64,000 bases of DNA. It comes from Octopus vulgaris. Its lineage: Eukaryota. How positions within the stretch are numbered: the stretch's first letter is position 1; every line of letters begins with the position of its first letter. Shown piece after piece: positions 12,771 through 24,476 of this stretch. The position numbers were made by a program, and so were the translations under genes. Where the stretch lies: NCBI GenBank assembly GCA_951406725.2, contig OX597824.1, positions 4,588,001 to 4,652,000 of the forward strand, in the 5' to 3' direction. The notes below the pieces were generated by a model. It had not been told where the DNA came from, did not search any database, and worked only from the letters and a program-made list of their open reading frames with translations.

Positions 12771-13479
12771 TGTGCAACCATGTTTTATTTAATTACGTGT
12801 TTTGGATTTATTTTTTTTCTCAAAGGTGAAATGTGAGCCAAATGTCTTTACTTGTTGTTTGACTATTCAAAATCAGCAGTATTCATGAATGCATGATTAG
12901 TCCTATTGATTTGAGATGCAGTAGCAAAGTGTATTTATGATGTTCATGCCTTTCCCAAGAGAATTAGCAATGTAAGTGAAATGAAAGCTAACAGCGAATT
13001 AAAATGAAAAAAAAAAAATATGATCACAGACTCTGCTTGCTGAAAGTGTGTAGGCTTTTGACACTTACACACACACACACACACACACATGTGCACACAC
13101 ACACATGCACACACATGCACAAAAGCAATCATATGAATGCACAAATCAATAAGGTAACTGCAACATGTTTTGTGAACAACTAGAAATAGTAACCAAATCA
13201 ACCTCAAATCACAATGTACCTTGTTAAGAAAAGAGGGCCACATTTGACAGTGTAGTCCTGGATATACAAGGAAAGAGGGGTCAGAGTAGGACACCTTTAA
13301 TCAAGAGTCAGCTCAATTGAAGTAGACTAAAGAGCTAAACAACAACAACATCAACAACATACCCTACCTAATGGTGTAGAGTGTGCATGTGTATGTATAA
13401 AGTGTGTATACGGTAGGTGGTTAATGAGTGTGTAACTCACTGTGTGTATGTGTTTATGATTAGGTCTTTCATGCCCTCA

Positions 13480-14200
13480 TCATCATTCTTGCACCACAGG
13501 CTTATAAGAGTTAGATGGATCTGCTTCAGTACAGTATCTCATTCATGAGATACAGCTTTTGAGATCAGGCATCACCATTCCTTCGCATAATTTCCTTCAT
13601 CTACTGCCATAGGCTCCTTCCACTTGGACCAATCGACACTTCTTTAGCCAGCTGCCTTCCTCCATATGCATCACCTGTCCATACCTGCACATTCCTTCCT
13701 CTTGTATACAGCTTTCGATTCCTTTTACACCCAGTTTTTCTCTCATATGATTTGTCTTCCACTATTCATGCTCACTAGATCACACATATAAGAGACTATG
13801 CTCTTCATGCTTCCTTCCAGTCTTCACAAACCTTAACCTTCTATGCCTATATCTTGCTACTATACAGTTTGCTTTCTGCTTGGTGAAAGAATTCTTTTGC
13901 TGCCAACAGAGGTAGTAGTTTCCTGAACTCTTACCACTATTTTCTTAATCTGGCTGCTCTGCTCTTGGAGCATTCCTCTCCATTGCTAAATGGGTTGCCT
14001 AGGTAACAGAAGCTACCAACTACATGTAGGAAGCCTCCCCGTGATCTGAAAGAATTTATTTTACTAGAACTCTTATTGCTAACCACCTCATTGCATATAA
14101 AGTTTACAACTCTCATATTTCTGAAGATTATATCTGCTACACCAAGTGAAATTTCAAAAAATATTTTTCTGTATATCAAGCGTATCTATTTCCTAGATGA
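13480..14200 (-). mobile_element. RTE-clade LINE fragment (post-RT region)
   Basis: Minus translation LHVVGSFCYLGNPFSNGEECSKSRAARLRK*W*EFRKLLPLLAAK matches the RTE pattern FCYLG...S..I.AR...W.KF.EL.PLL; contains stops. Confidence 0.75.
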
Positions 14201-14274
14201 TACTAGAGTCCTGCCTTTTTTTTATTTTACACAGGTTTACTTTTGATTGAAGGTTTTGGAATTTCTTCTGGAAT

Positions 14275-14614
14275 TCTTCAAGATCGAAGAGCTTGGTTGG
14301 GAAAAAATTCCTCATCCACCTTATTCTCCCGACCTTGCTCCTTCAGACTACTATTTGTTTCATAGTTTACAGAATCATTTGGAGGACATAATTTTCGCAA
14401 GCCGGGAGGAGGTCGAAACTGACATTTCAGAGTTCTTCGCTTTGAAACCAAAAGAGTTTTACATTGATGGGATTAAAAAGCTTGTAAATAGATGGAAGGA
14501 AGTCATAAATAATCAGGGAAAGTACATTGATGATTAAATTTCAATTAAATATAACATTTGATCACTTGTTTCCTTTACTGAAAATTCGGACAGATCTTAT
14601 GGGATGACCTGATA
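14275..14614 (+). mobile_element. mariner transposase 3' fragment with TIR and TA target
   Basis: KIEELGWEKIPHPPYSPDLAPSDYYLFHSLQNHL...GIKKLVNRWKEVINNQGKYIDD*. Terminus cttatgggatgacctga followed by TA. Confidence 0.92.
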
Positions 14615-15215
14615 CATCATCATCATCATCAGTAGCAAGTTTCCTGAGCAGGCGCAGTCAGTTGCTGGGTTGTCCCTTAAGACACTTTTGCAGCCAGCCA
14701 CCACCCCTGGTCCTGTTCTCAGTCATGCATAGTAGGGGTACAGTAATGTTACCTGTCCAGTCATTGATGTTGTCAGACCAGGGTTTTCTCTGTCTGCCTC
14801 CTTTCTGACCTCCACTCTGAAGGATGGTTTTGGAAAGGGAAATATGGCAAGTTACGTGGCCATACGAGGCAATTTTTTGTCTTCTTACCTGCACAAGGAG
14901 AAGTTCCTGTCTGCCAGTGCATTTATTGACTTGCTGCTGACAAAGTTGTTCATTTTGTGTTCCGTGCACAGGATGCACAGAAGCTTTCTGAAGCATTTGC
15001 ACTCAAATGCCTGGATTCTTTGCTCCATGTCAGCTGTAAGAGACCAGCTCTTCTCATACCCATACAGAAGGATTGAAGTCACCAGGGAGTTTTATCAGTG
15101 GTCCAGCTATTTTTCTCATCTTACTTTCAGACTTATAACACCTAATGAAGTCTGCTTGGCAGCCAGGCAAAGTTATGTGATGATGCCAGCCTGCTTCTGT
15201 GTAAAGAAATTTAAC
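14615..15215 (-). mobile_element. RTE-clade LINE 3' fragment with (TGA)n tail
   Basis: SILLYGYEKSWSLTADMEQRIQAFECKCFRKLL and YGHVT...GGRQRKPWSDNINDW; catcatcat tail at 14615-14630. Confidence 0.85.
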
Positions 15216-15256
15216 TTGCAAGGAATAAATTCCACAATTTATTTTTATGCATTGCA

Positions 15257-15301
<45 letters not shown>

Positions 15302-15349
15302 CACCACCACCACCACCACACCACACCACACCACTCACAATCACCACTT

Positions 15350-15500
15350 ATATTCTACCAAATTTTACTCACAACCTATTGACCAACCTGAAGCTATGGC
15401 AGAAAACATTTAATTCAAGGTATCCACATAGCGCCACAAAACTCGGAATCCCATGGTTGCATAGTAGACTTCTTAACCACACAGCTATGCCTGTGGCATA
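15350..15500 (-). mobile_element. Decayed tRNA/CORE-like SINE
   Basis: ctaccaaattttactcacaa...cttcttaaccacacagctatgcctg. Confidence 0.6.
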
Positions 15501-16935
15501 TATAAATAAAATCTTTGATCATTTTACATCAAAATAACTCAAATTATTTTCGGATTATATAGATCATATTTTTTTTTACTTTTTGATTTCTCTATCAAAG
15601 TCATTTTTCTCAAAGGCTGTTCAAACGGCTACTTTTAGATATTTTAGTCAGATTCCTATAAAATTCACCAATAAAACTCATTGATAACAACCAACCAAAA
15701 GAAATACTGCTCAAACTCAAACATCAGTGAACAGATGAAATAACTGGTGTTTGCCAGTACATCAATAACCCATACTGACAATGTCTGAAACAAACAGATT
15801 TATAGAATCACCAAGGATTCAATCAAACAATATCTAAGAACCATGGATAGTTACTGGATTTTTTTTCCTCTTCTTTTTCTCCAGAATCAAATATGGCTAA
15901 ATGTCCAGTATTAATTCTCTAATGGCACAGTAAATGCCTACTTACAAAGGACATAAAGGGAAAAAATGTAAAAAAAAAAAAAAAAAAAAAGTAGAGAAAA
16001 AGCCTTGTACACTGTTGGCTGAGTATAAATGGAGTTTTGTCCCTCAGTTGATCAGCTTGGCAAATGTATCTTTAATCCTCAAGAATATATCAGAAGAATT
16101 GCAGAATCTACTCCCAAAGGAATTATTCTTGCATGTACTTTTGTAATGGTCTTGCCGTTTGGTTAGGATTTTTGTGTCAACAGGAAATAGGAAATATGTC
16201 TCTGGATTGAGTCTCTTCATTCTTTTTGTCCTCCTCTCTCCCTCCCTCTCTCTCTCTCTCTCTCTCTCTATTTCTTGACATTCTCTCTCTCTCTTTCTCT
16301 CTCTCTCTCTCATACTCTTTCTTTATTCTTCACTAGCTTTCCTTCTCTGATTTGTTTTTATTGTTTTTCTTCCTTTTTTCTCCCTCTATACCTCCATTCA
16401 TAAGCCATTTCTCTCTCCCTCTCTCCTCTCTCTTTCCTTCTCTCTCACTCTCCCCCATCCATCATTCACTTCTGTTTCACACTCTCCTTCTCTTCTCACT
16501 TTTCATTTTCCCTTTATTTATTTTATTTTTATTTTATTTTATCTAGTTTCAGCTCACGAGCTGTGATATATATTTTTTCTTTTCCTCTCCTACTTTCCAC
16601 CATTTCTCTCCAACATGAGACAGGAAACAGAGATAGATTTACAAAAAGAAAGATGGGACTGTTATATATATTGTCAGGATGCACAGAGTGTATCCGGAAC
16701 GTTGAAGATACAGGTATTAGCAAACTGTTCAGACCAAGGTTTGGGGGTAAGACACAATTCAGTGGATGTGTAGGTAGGTGGGATTGAGCGAGGAAGCGGA
16801 CAGGTAGGTGAATTACTAGTAGATCAAGATAGATGTGTAGCAGATACAGGAGAGATGAAAGAAAGGAATGCAATCAGAAAAAGCAGTTACTCAGTGAGAG
16901 AGAGAGAGAGAGGAAGAAAGAGAGAGAGAGAGAGG

Positions 16936-16973
<38 letters not shown>

Positions 16974-17194
16974 GAAAGAGAGAGAGATGAGTTATGTCAG
17001 GTAAAGTATCGGAAAGAAACTATCGTGAGGGTAATTACAGTAAACTCTTAAGGTCAATCAGTGGACGTAAAGAATCACGTCAATTTTGGAAGAATCTTGA
17101 CTAACTACACCAGTCAATCTATAGATTTAAGATATAAATAGTATTTTGTAAAGAAGGTCTGCTCCAAACTGCAGAGACAGGTGTGGGGAGAGAA

Positions 17195-17380
17195 TGGATG
17201 GAAAGACAGACGGATGGACAGATGGACAGATGAACAGGCAGACAGACAATAGATAGACGGACAGACAGACTTATAGATAGACAGACAGACAGACAGACGG
17301 ATGGATGGATGGATGGATGGATGGATGGATGGATAGATAGATAGACAATAGACAGACAGATAGACAGATAGATAGATATT
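17195..17380. repeat. Compound (GATG/GACA/GATA)n tetranucleotide array
   Basis: Direct reading. Confidence 0.9.
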
Positions 17381-19240
17381 TGACATTCAGTTTTCCATAT
17401 TTGCTTAAGCTCAATATTTTTTTTCAAAAAGCTGAGATTTCTTTCTTTCTCAATGAAAAACTGGAAATATTTACATTCAGATAAATTTACTGAGATATTT
17501 AGCGTAGGAGACATAACAAGATTGTCTCTTAATCAGATAAACACAGTTTCAAAATCCATACAAAGGAAACAGTATTAACAATATGTTCTCTCTACTCGGG
17601 AATAACTTGTAACTTACAAAAAGCTCACCAAAAACTGTACAAACACTAGGTCTCACATTACATATCCTCATCATCATCATATCACATCACATCATATCAC
17701 ACCACATCACATCACACCACACCACACCACACCACCACCACCACCATCATAATCATCATCATCATCATCATTATTATCACCTTTATATGCCCATTTCCCA
17801 TGTTAGCACTGGCTGGTTGGTTAAGCAAGATCTAACAGGTAGGAGAACGACAACTAGATCTTGTTGAGCAGAGCAGCTTGTGCCAGCGTGTAAAACAGAC
17901 GTAAAATGATTTCGGTTCAAATATGGATACTTATCTTATAAAAGGTAATAATTTGCTGTCTTAAAAGAATGGATGAGCACATCAGACATTGTAGTCCTAG
18001 ATACACTTGTTTGAAAAAATAAGATATATTCATACTTGATCAAAGTGTTGTTCAATCAGAAACATCCCCAGGCTAGACAACAACAACAACAACTCTGAAA
18101 GGTGCAGTCACCTGGTTGTAAACAAGCATTTTAGTTAGGTACCGCTCAGCTGAAGCAGGTAATAAGCTTCATAATCAACAACTACCAAAAGAACTTTTTT
18201 GTTACTGTTTTCAGTTTTTAGTTCAATTCATTCAACAGTTATAAAATATGTTTCCTTACTTCTTGTGCTAATACCAATTTCATGGTGTTAAGCATATGAG
18301 CTATATGTCCTAGATATCAATCTATCCCAGATAACACACACAAACGTTCTGGTCTCTATTCTTGACAGCTAAGTTTATCAGAGCATGAGCATGGTTGTGG
18401 ATTCAGAAGCCATGACGAAAATGATAAACATGCACTTTAAAATATATCTTGTAGTATTTGTATTTGTACTGCTCGAGTTGCACATGTGATCCCTTTTAAT
18501 TCTCACCATCATAAACACACTGGATCGTTGATTTCCCAGTAGAAATCTATAACAAACAATGATATTATTTACAAAATGCCATATAAAACAACTAAAATAA
18601 ATATAAACCATATAGAATTAAGTGTACTGTTTGCCCTTTAATCAATTTAAAAGGCATATATCATCAACAGCCATAATAATGGGTATCCTACCAGAAGATG
18701 ATATAAGGGACATGAGTGTGTTCTTTTTTAATAAATATGTAGCTCTTATAACATTTTCCTTCATTTTATAAATTGTTACTAACGTTGTATACATATAAAT
18801 GAATTTGTCATACATCATTACCATTTTATAAAGTACATTAAAACATTAAAACTGTTCGTTTATTTTTACAATAATTACAATATTAAACATTTCAATTTTC
18901 AAATTGACATTGGTTATACAAGTGATGTAATGTAACCAATAAAAACAAAATTAAATTACAACATCTTAAAAATAAAATTTACAACTGTAAATGTTGCACC
19001 TGATTTACAAATTCTTTTTGATCTCTGAAGTGGTACACATTTAGAATTGTCCAAAGCGGAATTAGGCCTATCAGATATAGTCGGATGTGTAGCAGTAAGA
19101 ACAAAATAGTTTCAACCAATATTGTGATTTCTTAAAGCACAGCTAACCTGATACAGTTCTATATGTAAGAGATGAGGAATTATGTACATTATTTACATTA
19201 TTTACATTTGACAGATATTTATCCTCATCTTGCTTGTTGT

Positions 19241-19279
19241 TAACACGTTTCGGCTGATACACCCTCCAGCCTTCATCAG
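19241..19279 (-). ncRNA. Minimal type I hammerhead ribozyme core (antisense copy, stem I disrupted)
   Basis: Minus strand CUGAUGA-A-GGCUG-gagggugua-U-CAGCC-GAAAC. Confidence 0.6.
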
Positions 19280-19434
19280 ATGACATAGATTAAGCCATAC
19301 CAGGTGTGTGAAGCCAAGTGGGAAGAGATGGGAAATTTCGAACCTGGGGAAATTTTGAACCATGGACATATGGCATAGTGGTTGAGAGTGCGGGCTACTA
19401 ACCCCAAGATTCCGAGTTCGATTCCAGGCAGTGA

Positions 19435-19469
<35 letters not shown>

Positions 19470-19516
19470 TCAAAAAATACCTTAGGAATGAGAACCCAGG
19501 TTCAAAATTTCCCCAA

Positions 19517-19560
19517 GACACCTGATGAAGGTTGGAGGGTATATCAGCCGAAACGTGTTA
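19517..19560 (+). ncRNA. Minimal type I hammerhead ribozyme core (probably inactivated by a 3-nt deletion)
   Basis: GACAC-CUGAUGA-A-GGUUG-gaggguaua-U-CAGCC-GAAAC-GUGUU. Stem I strands GACAC/GUGUU are present, but the GUU of stem III and the cleavage site is missing relative to the 45.5 kb copy. Confidence 0.65.
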
Positions 19561-20308
19561 ACAACAAACAAGGTGTAGATAAATATCCATCAAATGTAAA
19601 TAATGTACACAGCTGACCTGTTTACACTTCAGTTCATAGTGGTCATTCAAAGAATAAGTGGAAGAGTATGGCAGTCATTGCATCTACAAGGATCTACAGC
19701 ACTCACAGAAACCATGTTGCCCCAGTCGTTTACAAAGCTAGCAGGAATGTATTTGTAACTAACCCCTAGGAGTTCTAGGGGTTCCTCTAGTGATTTAAAT
19801 TTTGACTTACATACATGATGACATAGATTAAACCATACCAGGTGTGTGAAACCAAGTGGGAAGAGATGGTCAAGTGGGAGTTTCTCTACAAAATTCAAAG
19901 AGTATTTCACAAGATGTCTCTCTGGTTGTTGTTTATAGGAAAAATTGTACAGCATGTAAAGTATCCATCAACATGGCCTCTCATTGTGAAGCATATTTTT
20001 ACTTAGAAAGGCTAACTTTATATGGTTCCAGATTATCCCACGATGTTTCTTTGAGTTCTCTAGAGATAATATGGGCCATACAGCTTGTAGAAATATCAAG
20101 ACTGTTCAAGAATTGTTTCAACACAGGAGACACAAAGGATACTTTTCCGTAATCTCAATGAATAATGATGGCAATTCCAAAACAAAGAAAAGACAAGTTG
20201 GTCACTTTCTAAAAGAAAATCTTGAATCATGACATGGCTAGGCAAACGACAAACAAGAAAATCCATCGTATACATAGAAATTATAAGAATAAGGAAACTT
20301 TGAAAGTC

Positions 20309-20341
<33 letters not shown>

Positions 20342-20342
<1 letters not shown>

Positions 20343-20757
20343 ACTCTTACTCTTACTCTTTTACTTGTTTCAGTCATTTGACTGTGGCCATGCTGGAGCA
20401 CCGCCTTTAGTCAAGCAAATCGACCCCAGGACTTATTCTTTGTAAGCCCAGTACTTATTCTATCGGTCTCTTTTGCCGAACCGCTAAGTGACGGGGACGT
20501 AAACACACCAGCATCGGTTGTCAAGCAATGCTAGGGAGACAAACACAGACACACAAACACATACACACACACACATATATATATACATATATACGACAGG
20601 CTTCTTTCAGTTTCCGTCTACCAAATTCACTCACAAGGCTTTGGTCGGCCCGGGGCTATAGCAGAAGACACTTGCCCAAGATGCCACACAGTGGGACTGA
20701 ACCCGGAATCATGTGGTTGGTTAGCAAGCTACTTACCACACAGCCACTCCTGTGCCT
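20342..20757 (-). mobile_element. Full-length young composite tRNA-SINE
   Basis: Head aggagtggctgtgtggtaagtagc...gggttcagtccc, CORE-like cttgggcaagtgtctt, internal microsatellite, tail (gagtaa)n. CpGs retained; near-identical to 44000-44305. Confidence 0.85.
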
Positions 20758-20769
20758 ACAGCGTATTTA

Positions 20770-21092
20770 TGGCACTACATTGGAAGCTTTTATGATTAGG
20801 CATGAACTCTCCAGCTGCCTTGGTACTCTTGTCCAACCAGCTCAAGATAGTATCCATCCATTGTGTTCTTCGGCTGCCTCTTGATCTGCTACTTTCTACT
20901 CTTCCTTCCACAATAATATTTTCCTAACTTCTGCTTCCTCAAATTTGGCCATAATAAATGAGCTTTGTTTTTTTCACAATATTCAAGAGTTGTTGTCTTT
21001 CACTTAATTGTTGCAACACCCATTCCTTTGTCTCATGCTCCTTGTAAGAATCTCATAACATTCTCTTGAACACCCACATTTCAAACACATTT
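20770..21092 (-). mobile_element. RTE-clade LINE 3' fragment
   Basis: Broken frames FEMWVFKRML..SYKEHETKEWVLQQLSERQQLLNIVKK. Confidence 0.65.
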
Positions 21093-21099
21093 GGAAGTC

Positions 21100-21850
21100 T
21101 ATTGATAAGTATTATCTTCCATGCTGCGTCGAATGAATTTCTGCGGATTTTTCTTCTTTTGTGATTCTCAAGCATAGTAGAGGTTAATCTCAAACAGTGA
21201 GATAGAATCCACATTTTCTATTTATTAGCGATTTAATAAGAGAAAGGAAGCTTAGACTTGGGTAATTTAATTAGAGAGATGTTTCATTCAGTGTCATCTA
21301 TAAACACGAGCTCTCCAAGTGATCTTTGGATTTATTGTTTCTAAGCAAGAGTCGAGTTATCATGAAGTTGATATTGTATCAATGTCTTCGTTAATGAATG
21401 ATAAATTTTAAAAGCAAAGCATTGATATACTGATATATTTTAAGTGGAAGGTCTCTGTATTCAAGAGAGTGTATGAGGAGAACGTAATTATTGTGATAAA
21501 AGTAACGAACACTAATTTTTTTTAGCCTTTTCAAAACTTTTGAATGGAGGAGATGAAAGTATATCTTGGAATGCTTCTTTCTTAAGAAGTGTTGTGCAGC
21601 TCCCAAGTTACAGAGACTAACTGAAACACAAATTCATCTCTAAGGCAGGAAATCGATGCTTAAGAATCAATATCTTAAAAATACAAATGTAAGAACACCT
21701 ATGTGTAATCAAGTTGCCTGAATTGAACATATCTTGCCAAGTGAAAAATGACCCTGACAACAGGTAAATACCAACAACACCAGGTAAAAACTACATTCAC
21801 AATGTACACAAATGATCACTGTATCACATCAGCAAATTTCATCCTGTGAC
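21100..21850 (-). mobile_element. Ancient Tx1/L1-like LINE fragment (copy 1 of 3)
   Basis: Aligns by eye with 50.9-51.85 kb and 62.05-62.3 kb (e.g. gttgtgcagctcccaagttacagagac vs gttgtgtagcttccaagttactgagac). Confidence 0.5.
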
Positions 21851-21894
21851 AGTTATATTTTTACAAGTCTTATAATGGACTCAGTGAATTTCAT

Positions 21895-22050
21895 GAAAGT
21901 GTGGAAGAGGAAGGCCAACAAAGACATGGGCAGAAATGGTGAAAGCTGATCTTAAGATGCTGAACCTCAGAAAGGGGATGACAAAACAATGCAGCAAAGA
22001 GCAAGACACTGTGTTGGAAAGGACCTCTCTAACCCATGCAAGCAAAGAAA
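21895..22050 (+). mobile_element. RTE LINE extreme 3' fragment
   Basis: GRGRPTKTWAEMVKADLKMLNL followed by the aacccatgcaagca tail. Confidence 0.7.
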
Positions 22051-22379
22051 AGCAACAGAGGAGGAAGCGGAGGAGGATTCAAGCTGTTAGTTCAGAATTA
22101 GCCATGGAGACTTTACCTGTTTTTGAAGATATTTCCATGTGGGAACTTATAAGCCAGTTTATAACAGATGAAATTTTCATAAGGAGCCTACGTCTATGAC
22201 TTCTTGACTGCCCTTTCATTAGTTTATGCAGTTATTATGGAAGGAAGAGGGTTAACATACGGTTATCAGAGAAATAGATCCAAATTGAATAACCAAAGAA
22301 AATGCTTTAGACTGTGCAGGGGATAGGTGCGGCCACCAGTAATCTACACTTTTATACTTTCAACAAGTAGTAAGTAGAT

Positions 22380-23610
22380 TTAGTTAGACAAGCGACCATG
22401 GGTGGTATTCTGAGAAGCCGTAGAAAAAGTACAAAAATGCATTAAACTCTAGGACAGAAACAGCATGACAACTAGATTAGAAGATGGAAGGCCAATATCC
22501 TACTCTTTTATACTTTTGGCAATCAGCAGTTTTAGCTGGACATGGGACACAGGTTACCACAGAAAAATAGTAACCACAGAAAATATACATTGTCCAAGTT
22601 TTAGGGTTGACTGGATCAGCTTGCTCAAAATTATCATTTAAAAATGTTCTTTCTTAACAATAGAGGGTCCAACAGAAGCAACAGACATTTGATGTGACTG
22701 AATTAAATTATGCTTGTTTTGCAGTCCTAAACTTTTGGTTTCATCCTCTAGGAGTTTGGTCCTGATTCTAATTGAACATATTTCACAAATAAAAATAAAA
22801 TCTCTCATAAATGATAGTTTATTTTCTTCAGCTCTTAAAGCTTATCTGATTAAATTCTCTAAAAATGCATCCATGTTTTCAATAGGTTTTTAAAAACCAT
22901 GTCTGGCATATATTCCCTTAAGCAGTTTTACATAAGATTCTTCAAACCATTATAATTTTCAAAAGTATCATCCAAAGTTCTACAATCTCATATAATGTCT
23001 GTTATGTTAGGCCCAATATGCTGGAACAGAAGTTCTAGTTTGTTAGGATAAAGATTGAGACTAACAGTTGTTATTAAATATTTAAACTTCATACTACATC
23101 AAAGTGATTTAAATGGAATATCACATTTATTTATTGTAGCTATCTTGTCTATTTGGATTCAGTGATTGGTAAGTTTTGAATTGATAAAACTACCTGTAAT
23201 CAAGATAGTTCCAGCTATTATCCTTTAATAAATTTAAAAGACACATATACCATCAGCAATGGTAGCTGACATGATTCTGAAAGCAAATGTAAGGCATATA
23301 ACTGCTTCATTTTTATAGTTAAGCAACTTTTATCATCGATGGCACTGTGCAAAATGCATATCAAAAGTCTTATATTGGACACAAACTCAGAACCTAGGTG
23401 TTAGTAGTCCAATGCCATATACACACAACCGTTTCATTTTTATATTTGAGAGATGAAATTCAAAGAAGCTCTCCACAAGGTTTACGTTGCTTAAGAACAC
23501 ACATTAGAGTCAAAATCTTCAGAAGAGCTTCTTCTTACCAACAGGCTATGTGTCACACCAATTCAGCAACAGTGTATAATTTAGATATTGATTTGGGGAT
23601 TATTATTAGC
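22380..23610 (+). mobile_element. Highly decayed Penelope-like element (RT C-terminus plus GIY-YIG)
   Basis: Residual motifs in the expected order across frameshifts: FGNQQF*LDMG (~22515), LNFWFHP (~22727; PLE YL.F.S.HP), CAKC and KSYIG (~23347-23380; GIY-YIG). Confidence 0.42.
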
Positions 23611-24239
23611 ATTGGTGTTATTTTTTGACAAATTTATTCTTACTTTCAATAATTATTTCTAACATTTGTTTCTCTACTTTGGTCAGTTGAAAGATAAAAA
23701 TTTGTTAAATAATATAATCTTATGTGCCAGAGAGAGAGAGAGAGAGAGAGGTGAGGGTGTTCTGACATTATAGACAAGGCTCTGAAATTTATTAGTTTTT
23801 TTTTTCCTTTTTTGCCAATGAGGACCACCACTAGTTTCTTAGAACACTGGACTGGGGTAGGAGAAGCTTTAGGTATGAAAATAGCAGACATTACTACCAC
23901 TAAGTCTGCATCTTCTTCTAAACAACTCTATTTGCTAAACTCAATTGTTACTATCACCACAACTTGTACTATAGTCACCACGACCACAAAAGTTCTACCA
24001 AAATTACCATCATCACCACAATTTCTACCATAACCACCACTCCTACAAAAACTTGTACCACAGTCACTACTACCATCACAACAATAACAACTTTGTATCA
24101 TGAGCACCACTTCAACAACAACCAACACAATCGCTACTACTTCTATCAGGTATTTTGAAATCAGTGAAATAAAAGAGATTAAATTGAATGAAACATTAAG
24201 CAAAAAAGATATTCTTCCATCGATAACCTTTTTTCTAAA

Positions 24240-24476
24240 TCTATTTCTTTATTGTCCACAGAGGGATAAACATAAAGGAAACAAACAAGGATAGACATAA
24301 GGATTAAGTCGATTACATCGACCCCAGTGTGTAACTGGTACTTATTTAATCAACCCCAAAAGGATGAAAGGCAAAGTCGACCTCGGCAAAATTTTAACTC
24401 AATGTAACAATGGACAAAATACCGCTAAGCATTTTGCCTGGTCTGGTGTGCTAACGATTCTGCCAGGTCAACACCC
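24240..24476 (-). mobile_element. tRNA-SINE with Meta/MESC-like central domain
   Basis: Minus strand gaggtcgactttgcctttcatccttttggggttgattaaataagtaccag; same family as 34866 and 45420. Confidence 0.75.

Larger units (their letters stand above)
19151..19607 (+). mobile_element. tRNA-headed SINE with Penelope-type hammerhead tail, plus inverted 3'-end duplication
   Basis: Box A TGGCATAGTGG (19371), box B GAGTTCGATTCC (19414), (AAT)n linker, hammerhead core at 19522-19553. 19183-19279 is the reverse complement of 19522-19609. Flanked by cacagctaacctg / cacagctgacctg (19138-19150, 19608-19620). Confidence 0.8.

Noticed and set aside
16678-16746. Exon-like segment translating GCTECIRNVEDTGISKLFRPRFG, with an NPF-like RPRFG end
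   Set aside because: It lacks the NPY/NPF helix tyrosines and leucines, a dibasic site and a signal-peptide exon, and the acceptor is weak. Probably chance.
19364-19437. Functional tRNA gene (apparent ACT anticodon loop)
   Set aside because: The acceptor and T stems are broken and the sequence continues into a repeated SINE body, so it is a SINE head.
19761-19783. Perfect 9-bp hairpin aacccctag/ctaggggtt resembling a terminator
   Set aside because: It is an isolated short palindrome with no U-tract or functional context in eukaryotic DNA.
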